DNA from: the human T2T-CHM13v2.0 reference genome, Homo sapiens
Assembly: GCF_009914755.1 (NCBI RefSeq)
Contig: NC_060928.1
Length of the DNA: 64,000 nucleotides
Direction: 5' to 3' (one strand)
The notes beneath the pieces were generated by a model. The model had not been told where the DNA came from. It saw only the letters and a list, made by a program, of their open reading frames with translations, and searched no databases. Positions 19,373-32,109 of this stretch are shown one piece after another; the first letter of the stretch is position 1; the number at the start of each line of letters is the position of its first letter. Made by a program: the position numbers and the translations under genes.

Positions 19373-22049
19373 TATTTTCTATTAAGTATATAATTCTATT
19401 ACCTTATTTTTTAAATTTATATTCAACTGGCAAAAGGTCCCAAAACTCTTGCTTACTTTCTGAGACAAAAGTTAAAAACCAATACATAATACTTAATGAC
19501 TCCACTGGAGTTTCTATTTAAGGAGATTCAGAAGTGATTCTAATTATGAGACTCAGTTAAGTGTTGTTCATGAACATGGCATGCTTATATAATCTTAGAT
19601 CAATAAGAACTTGTTTATTTGAAAAGACAAATAATTGGGAAATATTTCATACAGTTTAAGTGGAAGAGGTTACAGTAAGTGAAGAACTCTAGTGTCACTG
19701 ACTTATAAGGCAAAAACAGGGTCAAAGTGGCAATGTAGGGTGGTGTTGGTGTTGGTGTTGCTTTGCTACTAGGATATACGTTTCTATTAATATCCAGAAA
19801 TAATTATTTAAAATAAAACCAGAACCAGGTAAGTTTCCTACACTCAGGTGAACAATATGAAAAAGTTAATGAGAGCAGCCCTACTTAGCTGGATAACTTC
19901 TGAAGGTAGAACTTTTGATAATTTTCTTCTGAAATGTGATAGAGATGCTATTCACACAGCACCGTTATGGTCAAGTTTCAATGGCAATACTGATCTGGAG
20001 TTTCAGTGAGTAGAGTCAGCTGGTGACAAGAGGTCACAGTAATTTAGTTAGTAGAACTGATGTTTTCATCTCAAACTCTAATTTTCCAAGGTACAATCTT
20101 GAATTGGGCTGCTGACTATATTACCCTTCACTCTCACCCTTATCCTCTTCCTTGTATACTAAAGTGATTAGTGCTAGCATTTTTGCTCTGGTCCTCCTTG
20201 TCACTTGGAATATTCTCCTTGCCCCCACATCACTCTCCTCACTAGATAACCAAAGGATGTCAACTAAATGATCAAAATACTCTCTGGCCAGACACTTATT
20301 CCCTGAGGAAGAAAGTCTGGAGATCTGCCTCTCTTCATTCTCACTGCTGTGCCAAATACAAGGTAAACAAGGTCTCTAAAGTACTTGTGATATTAACTGT
20401 TATTGCCATGATTGATTTCTGGGAAATATTCAGCTAATATCATGCATCAGCCAACCATTTACATTTGAATGCAATTAAGATGTCCCAAATAAAGGAAAAT
20501 TCAAAAGTTTCAGCAATAAACACAAAAGACTGTTTAACATTTTAAATGAGAAGGAAGAGTATTCAGCTGTCTCTAATCTTTAATCATTTATTTTAACACA
20601 CCACAAATCATCCCAGATGATTCTTACAAGAATATAGCTACAGAAGCATCAATGTCTACAATGTGTTTAGCTGTGAATACTGCAAACTTCTTTTAAATAG
20701 GAGAAAAAATTCTGATTTTTATGAGATCAGAAAGGTTATGTACATGCCACAGCCAACCTTAAAACCAGAGATCATAGAGATGTACTTTGAGTTTGTAATA
20801 GTATGACATATATTATGGAATATGAACTCATAAATTTGAATGGTTCCTTTCTATAACATTAAATTGGTTGGTACACATTTTTTCATATTTTCTTATTGAA
20901 AATAAAAGCATCTCAGGGGTAAGCTAATTATTCATTTAAGCTCTGAATAAAGTTCTACATTCTGAAACACAAATTGGGCATGAACAAGTACAGGATTTCT
21001 ACAAGAAAATATAACAAATTATTTTATGTACAAAAAGCCTGTTAAATATAATAGCAGTTATAATGAATTAAAATTATCAGCTATATAATAAGTGAATTGT
21101 AATAGATGTATATAATAGATGAATTGTAATAGATGAATTACAATAATATTTATTGTAGATATATTCAATTTTACAGTTGTTAAATTAAAAAAGGTCTTCA
21201 TATCTTCCTGTTGGTTTACTTTAATATGCAATAAAAGGTAATCTAAGACAAGAAAAAGTATTTGATAAATGGAGTTATGGGCAATATTTATTGTGGTGAA
21301 GTAAATCTTTAAAATACTATAGTGTCTATAAAATGTACAGATACATTTCAACACATATATTTTATTTAAAAAAAGTTTAAGTTCTTTTGCATTTCTGGCC
21401 ACATTGCCAGAGATATTTGAATGTGTTTACAGGCATTTTTCATATAAATAAAATAAAATAGCTATTCTATTGCAAAACCAGATGATAAATTTATTGGTTA
21501 AAACACATGAGGCTACTTTAATTGAAATGGTAATAATGCTACAAATAAAAAAAACTACATATAATCAAGAATTAACCAACAAATGACAAATGGGAATATA
21601 AAGCCACAAGTTGGTACTAGCCTCTCAAGAAAGAAAATTTAAGAGTACTTATTATTGTGTATCACTAGAAACAACAATCACCTTTCCAAACAATCCAGGT
21701 ACAAATAATGTCTTAGTTTTAAATTTAACTGAAATTTATTATTTAACTTTGGCTGAAAAATTTTCAGTAAGGTTTCATTGTTTTTCAAGTCTAGTTAAAT
21801 TTTTTTTTTTTCTAATTCCCTCTCAAATCACAGGATTGCTCATTCTATGAATTTCTGTAATATCTCCACCCAGTGGTGATCAGAGACTTTAAATATACCC
21901 TTGACTTAAACCGAAAGTTTGGTAGTTTCTGATAGGATCAAGGCCCTCCACATAAATAGAAATTAGGACAGAGCCTAGATTTAAAGCTGGCTCTAAAATC
22001 AAAATAGTCTAAAATGGCAAAGCTCAGTAATCCATAGTCATGGCTTATA

Positions 22050-23160
22050 TTTAGTTCCTATTGAATACCAGACAGTGTGTTGATAAGATATATGATAAAA
22101 CTCTCAAGAAATCAGAATGCATGATACTTTTATGACATAATAAAATTTATCTCTCAAGCAAAAAGACAGCAAAACAATAGAAACACTGCCATTTAATGTA
22201 AGTGTAAGATAAAGATGTCCACCATTACCATTGTTATTTAATATTGTTCTAGAGAAAAAGGTGAAGCAATTAAATAATAGAAAGATATAAGATGTATAAA
22301 ATTGAAAAAGGTAAAATTATAATTTGTAGATGATAAATAGAAAATTTGAATCAAATGAAAAATAATTACAAATAATGAGAGAACAGTAATATGGCTGATA
22401 AAAAGTAATAATGGTAATGGTGAAAACTTGCAGAGTATTTATATATACCAGCAGTATATATAAATATTCTCCATATATTAACTCAATCCTCCCAATAATC
22501 CTCTGAAGTATATAATATTATTATCACCATTTTATGAACAAGGAAACAGGCACAGAAAAGTCAAGAGAATTGTTCAAGGTTACACAGCTGGTGTGGCAGT
22601 GCTGTGATTCAAAAGTTTAAGAGTCTATGTCCTTAATCACTATATCAAACTGTTGGTGAAATCAACAATCTTTCTATGTATCAAAAACAATCAAATAAAA
22701 TGTAATGAAATAAGATATCCCAATAATAACAACAAAAGGCTAAAATATCTAGTAATAACCCTGAAAAGAATTATCTAGAAAACCTTAAAATTCCACAGAG
22801 GATCCTAAAAAGGAGGACCTTAAATGGAAAGACATACCCTGTTTTTGGAAAAAATAATCATGCCATAGGTTAATTTTCTTCATTTAGCTATAAGTTTAAT
22901 TCAATCACAATACTAAAATAATTTTTCCCAAGGGATAAAGAAAAAAGAAAGCTAATTCTACAATTTATGTAGAAACACAGCACCAAACACATGGTATAAT
23001 TATAATCTTAACTCTTGGTACTAGAAAAGTAATAAACTAAGAAATATCATTTTAACCGAAAAAAGGACAAAGAAATAGCAAAATACATGTGGGAATCTAG
23101 TTTATCATAAAACCATATTTAGAATCAATGGGTTATCCAAGAAAATAAAGATTATTTTTA
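22050..23160 (+). mobile_element. Ancient L1 ORF2 remnant with an internal MIR (about 22420-22645, minus strand)
   Basis: gatgtccaccattaccattgttatttaatattgttctagag ([14 protein letters not shown] relic) and a MIR core aggaaacaggcacagaaaagtcaag. Confidence 0.6.
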
Positions 23161-24664
23161 TTAACTAATTCAAATATCCATTTGATAAGTATAAAAGTTT
23201 AAAATTTGTTAATTAAGTCAAATCTGTCAGGACTATTTAGCTTCGCTTTGCTAAGTGTTCTAGTTAATTTCTGTAGGATATCTAAACAATAATCTATAAT
23301 TCAGATAGATGTATTTTGGAAAAACTTCAGTTTAGCAGGGTTTTTAAGTTGCTCATTTTTGGTTTGGAGAACAAAGGATGAAACAACATTTAGCAGTAAT
23401 TCTCTAACAGATGTGACAATGCTGCAGATAAAAGCTTCTTTTTCCTTTTTCATTATGTACCTTGCTTTATTAAATTCTGTGTTAGCACCTGTACAAAGCA
23501 GGTTGACAAACTGAATTTTTAGCAGTAAGTTTATATGTAATTTTTGAATCTCATATAACATGGCCTATTTATTTTGCACATTTTATAGGAAATCCTGAGA
23601 GAAGGGCTGGAATAAACAGGGCATTTACATACTAGGATTTTAAAATCAGTAGACTCACTGAATCCTTTATATAACAACTGTGTCTGTTGTTGCTAGCCTT
23701 TCCGTAGAATTGTGCCAAAATCCATTTCTCTTTAAATGCCAAGGATGTCAGAGATACATGAAATGACATCCTTGAACTTTAAGGCTGCATAAGGAAGATC
23801 TCAGTGCAAGACCCCAGATCTTCATTAGCAAGTTAGAATTACCCTATCTGTGCCCATCACTCTTCATGAAGAAAATATATTCTATAGACTTTCTGGTGGA
23901 AAAACATCACTACAGGAGCTGTCTCAAATCAATACTGAGTTAAGTCAGGCTGCAAAGAAATAAAAACTGTCACCAGCATAACCTTCCTAGCAACTGCAAT
24001 GTGAATATGTTAATACTGTGTCAAGGCATAGCCCTGATGTCTGTAGGAAGCGTGCCTTTGTTTCAAATCAGTTCAGCTACTAGCTTGGGACAATCCTAAG
24101 TGAAATACTATATCCTATATCATGACAATGTTATTTTTACCAACGATAACAATAATTCATATTTATTTTCTTCTTTTGTGTTTCTCATCAAGAAATCCAT
24201 CCCAACATTCTTCTACCCCAAATTTCTAAATATCTCTTTCTTTTCTTCCCCACAACCCACCAAAAAACCCCAAATCTTCCTCAATACAATATATTCTAGA
24301 AATACTCTAGTGCAACTCTTATCTGGCTCTGGGTGTTTTTCCTGCCCCTTTTTCACTTGTTGTGCTTACAGGGCACTGCTCAATTCAGAAGACACTTGTG
24401 CATACTTCAATTTCTACATTGAGAAAAGTGGCATTTACTCATTTGATGATTTAGGATGAGAAAACCCAGAGATTTCTATAACTTAGAGGAAGAAAACATT
24501 TTTACTATACGAGTACAAATTATGATTTCCCGAAGATAATGTCACAAAAAAGGAAAATAGTAAATGTCTTTAAATATAGTGGCAAATTACCATGTAAATT
24601 TTCTATTTTCTAAGCTTCAGACTGCTGCAGTGAAAAAAAATTTGATTTTTAAAATCAGAAATAT

Positions 24665-25099
<435 letters not shown>

Positions 25100-25823
25100 T
25101 TAACAGTTTCTGGACCAGGAAATAGAGACTTATCCTTAAGTTACTGTGTTACACTTACTTATTTATACTCTGCCTCTTTCCATAAAGGATTTCAGACAAC
25201 TATTGACTTAGTATACCCTTCCAAACAATCTAATACATTTTTTAAAAATCCTGCCTTTACTTTCTGGTGTTTGAATTAAATTATGTCCCAAATTTGGAAC
25301 TGATATACTGTGGGAAAGGAAATTGATATAAAATGATAAAAATCTTGTTAACTGTAAATTGAAGAGCTCTGTTTCGAATAAAAGTTGAGTAAGTTGAGTC
25401 TGGAAAATAAACAGCACAGTTGTAGGGGGCATGGCAGGGGCATTGCTCAACTTATTCTCCTTTGTCTGAATTGAGGATATGTTCCCAGACACCTCTCCTC
25501 ATGTACCCTCAATTACCAAGGTAATTGGAAAAGATGCAGTCCATGCTACTATGAAATGGGGTCTCTGAAGACCTCTCTGTAATTGCAAAGCCCTTCACAA
25601 GCTGAAGTGTTGAAAAGTGCCTGGCACATGGTAGGTGTACAATAAATGCTGAATGAATAAAACTTAAGTCAAAATTCTTTTAAAATTATGAGAGGGACAA
25701 AAGGAAAAGTAAGTCTGTTCTTTTTAAAAAAATGATTATCTTTCTTTTGGCTTTTCCTTAATCTCAAGCAATATTTTCTCTTGCTTCTTTACATTTCTCC
25801 TCTAACTTGTTCATATTTTTTTG

Positions 25824-26119
25824 GGCTGGGCATGGTGGCTCACGCCTGTAATCCCAGCACTTTGGGAGACCGAGACAGGTGGATCACCTGAGGTTGGGAG
25901 TTCGAGACCAGCCTGACCATCATGGAGAAACCCCGTCTCTACTAAAAATACAAAATTAGCCAGGCATGGTGGTATACGCCCATAATCCCAGCTACTCAGG
26001 TGGCTGAGGCAGGAAAATCGCTTGAACTGGGAGGCGGAGGTTGCAGGGAGCTGAGATCGCTACTGCACTCCAGCCTGGGCAACAAGAGTGAAACTCCGTG
26101 TCAAAAAAAAAAAAAAAAA
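25824..26119 (+). mobile_element. Alu (AluSp-like), first of a tandem pair
   Basis: GAGGTTGGGAG / ATGGAGAAA diagnostics. Left TSD AACTTGTTCATATTTTT at 25804-25820. Confidence 0.93.
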
Positions 26120-26437
<318 letters not shown>

Positions 26438-26726
26438 TCATATTTTTAAGTTTTCAGGAGAAAGAACATTTCAATTTGTGGTGCTTTCCATGGCATATAA
26501 CAACTGTGTTTATACTCATGCTCACACATATTCACATATTAACACCATGTAATTACAACAAGCCTACCTTGGAGATATGGAGGGTTCAGTCCTAAACCAT
26601 GACAAAAAAGTGAATATTGCAGTAAAATTAGGGACTTAATTTTTTTGATTTCCCAGTACATATAGAAGTTGTTTATACTATAATCTATTAGATGTGCGAA
26701 AACATGATCTAGAAGAAGATAATGTA

Positions 26727-27685
26727 TGTCTTCTCTTGAGAAGTGTCTGTTCATGTCCTTTGCCCACTTTTTTAATGGGGTTGTTTTTCTCTTGTAAATT
26801 TGTTTAAGTTCCTTATAGACATGAACAGATATTTTTCAAAACAAGACACATATGTAGCCAATAAGCATATGAAGCAAATCTTAATATCACTGATCATTAG
26901 AGAAATGCAAATCAAAACCACAATGAGATACCATCTCACACCAGTCAGAATGGCGATTACTAAAAAGTCAAAAAAACAGATGCTGGCAAGGTTGTAGAGA
27001 AAAGGGAACACTTACACACTGTTTGTGGGAGTAAAAATGAGTCCAACCATTGTGGAAAGCAGTAGGGTGATTCCTCAAAGAGCTAAAAGCAGAGCTCCCA
27101 TTCAACCCAGCCATCCCATTACTGAGTATATACCCAGAAGAATATAAATCGTTCTACCATAAAGACACATGCATGCAAATGTTCACTGCAGCACTGTTCA
27201 TAATAGCAAAGACCTAGAATCAGCCTAAGTGCCCATCAATGACAGACTGGATAAAGAAAATGTGGTACATATACATATACATGTAATACATATACATATA
27301 CATATACATGTAATACATATACATATACATGGAATACTATGCAGCCACAAAAAAGAATGAGATCATGTCTTTTATGGGAACATGGATGGAGCTGAAGGCT
27401 ATTATCCTCAGCAAACTAATGCAGAAACAGAAAACCAAATACTGCATGTTCTCTTATAAGTGGGAGCTAAATGATAAGAACATATGAACACAAAGAAGGA
27501 AACAGACACTGGGGTCTACTTGAGGAGGGAGAGTGGAAAGAGAGAGAAGAACAAAAAAGGTAACTATTGGGTACTGAGCTCAATACCTGGGTGATGTAAT
27601 AATATGTATAAACCCCTGTGACACGTGTTTATCTATGTAACAAATCTTCACATGTATCCCCAAACCTAAAATAATAGTTAAAAAA
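26727..27685 (+). mobile_element. 5'-inverted, truncated L1PA15/16-like insertion
   Basis: An inverted segment of about 90 bp (26727-26817) followed by a sense ORF2 end and 3'UTR ending aacctaaaataatagttaaaaaa. Confidence 0.88.
27268..27330. repeat. (CATATA)n / CATGTAATA compound tandem expansion inside the L1
   Basis: catatacatatacatgtaata units repeated two to three times. Confidence 0.85.
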
Positions 27686-28500
27686 TACTTTATTGCTAAA
27701 ATATGCTAACGGTCATCTAAGCCCCCAGCAAGTCATAATCTTTTTGCTGGTGGACGGTCTTGCCTCAATGTTGAGGACTTTTAACTAATCAAAGTAATGG
27801 TTGCTGAAGGCTGAGGTGGCTGTGGCTACGGCAGCTTCTTAAAATAAGACAACAGTGAAGTTTGCTGCATCAATGGACTCTTCCTTTCACAAAAGATTTC
27901 TCTGTAGCATGCAATGCCATTTGATAGCATTTCACCCACAAAAGAACTTCTCTCCATATTCACTCCTCTCAAACCTTGCTGTTGCTTTATCAAATAAGTT
28001 TACATAATATTCTAAATGCATTGTTATCATTCCAACAATGCTCACAGCATCTGTACCAGGAGTAGATTCCATTCTAAGAAACTTTTTTTGCTCATTCTTA
28101 AGAAGCAACTCCTCATCCATTCAAGTTTTACCATGAGATTACAGCTACTCAGTCACATCTCACATTCCAGTTCTAATTCTAGTTCTCTATTTCTACCACA
28201 TCTGCAATCACTACCTCAGTGAAGTCTTGAACTCCTCAAAGTTATCAATGAGGGTTGGAATCAACTTCTTACAAACACCTTTTCATATTGATATTGTGAT
28301 CTCCTTCCATGAATCACAACTGTTCTGAAAGGCATCTAGAATGGTGGATCCTTTCCAGGGGATTTCAATTTACTTTGCCCAGATTGATCAGAGAAGTCAC
28401 TATCTATGGCAGCTATGGCCTTACAAAATGTATTTCTTAAAAAGTAAGACTTGAAAGTTGAAATGATTGCTTCATCCATGCACTGGAGAATGGATATTAT

Positions 28501-29575
28501 TGTTGCGGGAAGTCAGGGACCCCAAACAGAGGGACCGGCTGAAGCCATGGCAGAAGAACGTGGATTGTGAAGATTTCATGGACATTTATTAGTTCCCCAA
28601 ATTAATACTTTCAAAATTTCTTATGCCTGTCTTTACTGCAATCTCTAAACATAAATTGTGAAGATTTCATGGACACTTATCACTTCCCCAATCAGTACCC
28701 TTGTGATTTCCTATGCCTGTCTTTACTTTAATCTCTTAATCCTGTCATCTCATAAGCCGAGGAGGATGTATGTCCCCTCAGGACCCTGTGATAATTGCAT
28801 TAACTGCATAAATTGTAGAGCATGTGTGTTTAAACAATATGAAATCTGGGCACCTTGAAAAAAGAACAGGATAACAGCAATGTTTAGGAAACAAGAGAGA
28901 TAACCTTAAACTCTGACCACCAGTGAGCCAGGCAGAACAGAGTCATATTTCTCTTCTTTCAAAAGCAAATGGGAGAAATATTGCTGAATTCTTTTTCTCA
29001 GCAAGGAACATCCCTGGGAAAGAGAACATGCGCCTGGGGGTGGGCCTCTGAACTGGCCCCCCTGGGCGTGGCCATCTTCTATGGTCGAGGCTGTAGGGGT
29101 GAAATATACCCCAGTCTCCCATAGCGCTCCCAGGCATATTAGCAAGAGGAAATTCCCACCTAATAAATTTTGGTCAGACCAGTTGCTCTCAAAACCTGTC
29201 TCCTGATAAGATGTTATCAATGACAATGGTGCCCGAAACTTCATTAGCAATTTTAATTTCACCCCAGTCCTGTGGTCCTGTGATCTCACCCTGCCTCCAT
29301 TTGCCTTGTGATATTCTATTACCTTGTGGAGTACGTGATCTCTGTGACCCACACCTATTCGCACACTCCCTCCCCTTTTGAAAGTCCCTAATAAAAACTT
29401 GCTGGTTTTGCGGCTTGTGGGGCATCACGGAACCTATCGACATGTGATGTCTCCCCCGGATGCCCAGCTTTAAAATTTCTCTCTTTTGTACTCTGTCCCT
29501 TTATTTCTCAAACCAGCTGACGCTTAGGGAAAATAGAAAAGAACCTACATGACTATCAGGGCAGGTTCCCCAATA
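28501..29575 (+). mobile_element. MER11 (MER11C/B-like) solo LTR of HERV-K11/HML-8
   Basis: TGTTGCGGGAAGTCAGGGACCCC...GGCAGGTTCCCCAATA, 1075 bp, AATAAA near 29390, perfect 6-bp TSD TATTAT. Confidence 0.93.
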
Positions 29576-32109
29576 TATTATGTTATCATTCATGAAGACA
29601 ATATTTATTTTCCTGTACATATCCATCAGAGCTCTTGGGTGATGAGGTGCACTGTTATAATGAGCAGTAATATTTTGAAAGAAATCTTTTTCCCTGAGCA
29701 GTAGGTCTAAATAGTGAGCTTAAAATATTTAGTAAACCACACTGTAAACAGGTGTGCTGTCATCCAGACTTGGTTGTTCCATTTATAGAACACAGGCAGA
29801 GTAGATTTAGTATAATTCTTAAGAGCCCTAGGATTTTGGAATGGTCAATGAGTATTAGCTTCAACTGAAAGTCACCATCTATATCAGCCCCTAACAGGAG
29901 AGTCAGCCTATCTTTTGAAGCTTTGAAGCCTTGAAGCCAGGCATTGATCTCTTCTCTCTAGCTATGAAAGCCCTAGATGGTATCTTCTTCCAACTGAAGG
30001 CTGCTTCGTCTACATTGAAAATCTGCTGTATAGTTGCTAGATTTTGGGATTACTTCCTTCAGCTTCTCCACCAGTACTTGCTGCTTCACCCTGTACTTTT
30101 ACGTTTTGAAGACAGTTCTTTTCTTAAATCTTATGAACCAACCTCTGCTAGCTTCCAACTTTTCTTCTGTACCTTCCTGATCTCTCATGGCCTTACAGAA
30201 CCAAAGAGAGTTAGGGCTTTGCTCTGGATTAGGCTTTGGCTTAAGGGAATGTTGTGGCTGACTCAATCTTCTATCCAGACCACTAAAACTTTCTCCATAT
30301 CAGCAGGAAGTCTGCTTTGCTTTCTTATCATCTGTTGTTCACTCGAGTAGCATTTTTAATTTCCTTTAAGAATTTTTCCTTTGCATCACAATTTGCCTAA
30401 CTGGTAGAAGAAGTCTAGCTTTTGGGCTATCTTGGCTTTTGACATGCCTTCCTCACTAAGCTTAATCATTTCTAGCTTTTGATTTAAAGTAAGAGATGTG
30501 TGATTCTTCCTTTCACTTGAACACTTTGAGTCCATTATAGGGCTACTAATTGATCTAATTTCAATATCTTTGTTTCTCAAGGAATAGGGAGACACATGAA
30601 GAGGGAGAAAAATGGAGGAATGGCTGGTTGGGGGAGCAATGAGAACGCACATATTTATCACTTAAGTTTGCCATTTTAAATGGGCTCCGTTTGTGGTGCA
30701 CCAAAACAAGTACAATAGCAACATCAAAGAGCACTGATCACAGATCACCGTAACAGATATAATAATAATGAAAAAGTTTGAAATATTGCAAGAATTACCA
30801 AAGTATGACACAAAGACACAAAGTGGGCACATATTGTTAGAAAAATGGCTCCATTAGACTTGCATGATACAAGGGTACTACCAACTTTTAATTTGTATAA
30901 AACAGCAATAACAGTGAAAGTGCAGTGATGAGAAGCAAAACAAACTCAAGTGTGCCTTTACTGCATATCTTCTAAGTTGAAGTAATGGGTTTACCTTTTA
31001 CTGATTTCAAGAAAGAAAACATAAAGCAGGGAATGTAACTTTTTTGAGTCCTGGATAGATTTCTCACTCTAATTTATTTCCACATGAATGACTTTAGAAA
31101 TTCTGTTGTTCCTGTTTAGAAACTGCTTTCACAAAATGGCGTAAGAAGAGTGGGGGAGTCAGGGAGACAGAATTAAAAGAGAGTTGCCCTTTGGCAGTAA
31201 AAATAAAAAGAGAGGCTTAGAGAGTGAGTAGGCTGAGATTGTTGAATAGTGAAAAGGGCTGTTGCTTTTGTTCATGAAGAAAAAGTTAACTTGCGGCAAA
31301 AGGTTAGAATAATAACAATAAAACAAGTAGACTAGTATAAAAATACACACAAAAGCACAAAAATAACACTATGATCACAAATATGAATGCCTTATTGAGA
31401 TATTTTCCCCCATATGAATAATCATTTGTTTAGTTACAAAGATATGAGTTGTGAGAACCCTGTATGCACATGTTGTTAAGCAACACATAGGGACTTTAGT
31501 AAAAACATAAGTTACAGGAGATACCCCTCAATCACTGATTTAGTAGATATGATGTGTGCATCGAGTCCTAAAAATGCACTTTCAACAACTATTATAGAAG
31601 ATTTTTGAGGACCATTTTTCAGATACATTGCTTTACAGAAAATAGAGTAAAACATTAGCTGGAATGAACTTTCTGTTAATTCACTAAAAAAATTATTCAA
31701 TACCAACTATATGCTAGGGGCTAAGATAAGCACTGGGGGTACAGGGGTGAACAAGATCCAATCTCTCCCCTGTGCCTGGATGTGGAATAAATGATAAAAG
31801 AAACACAAAGATAAGTATGTAATTATAATCCATGCCATGAAGACAAAGTAGAAAGAGCTAGCATAGTTGATGAATAAGGAACTGTGACTAAATTAACTGA
31901 ATGCTTTGTTGAAATGAGAGTTAACACTAGTATAACCTTTTTTGTAGTAACTACATCAAATAAATACAAATATATTGAGAACATACTATTTCTCAGAGCT
32001 TTGAATTAAGCTCTGAGGGTCCAATGATAAGAACAGTCCTTTCCTTAATGCACCCATAAGTTACCAGTGAAGAAAGAAAGGTAGGTTTTTATGTATGTAT
32101 GTTTGCTTT

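Larger units (their letters stand above)
26559..30958 (-). mobile_element. Near full-length Tigger1 DNA transposon (decayed transposase), interrupted by an L1 and a MER11
   Basis: Degenerate TIRs at both ends. Transposase relics MDSKCSSERKNHTSLTLNQKLEMIKLSEEGMSKA (near 30400-30540) and [22 protein letters not shown] (near 28120). About 2.36 kb after removing the inserts. Confidence 0.92.

Noticed and set aside
19773-19828. + strand pseudoexon ending CAG|GTAAGT, and isolated minus-strand GTAAG donors near 19454 and 45473
   Set aside because: Such motifs are expected by chance in 64 kb, and no other evidence supports them.
21860-21882. CTCF-like motif CTCCACCCAGTGGTGA
   Set aside because: It has two mismatches at informative core positions and cannot be supported without ChIP data.
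27268-27330. Spaced repeats here and at 48230-48300 as CRISPR-like arrays
   Set aside because: They are low-complexity slippage repeats with no unique spacers and no cas genes, in eukaryotic DNA.
27932-30661. Domesticated Tigger transposase (TIGD-like) gene
   Set aside because: Only short broken fragments remain, interrupted by a MER11 insertion.
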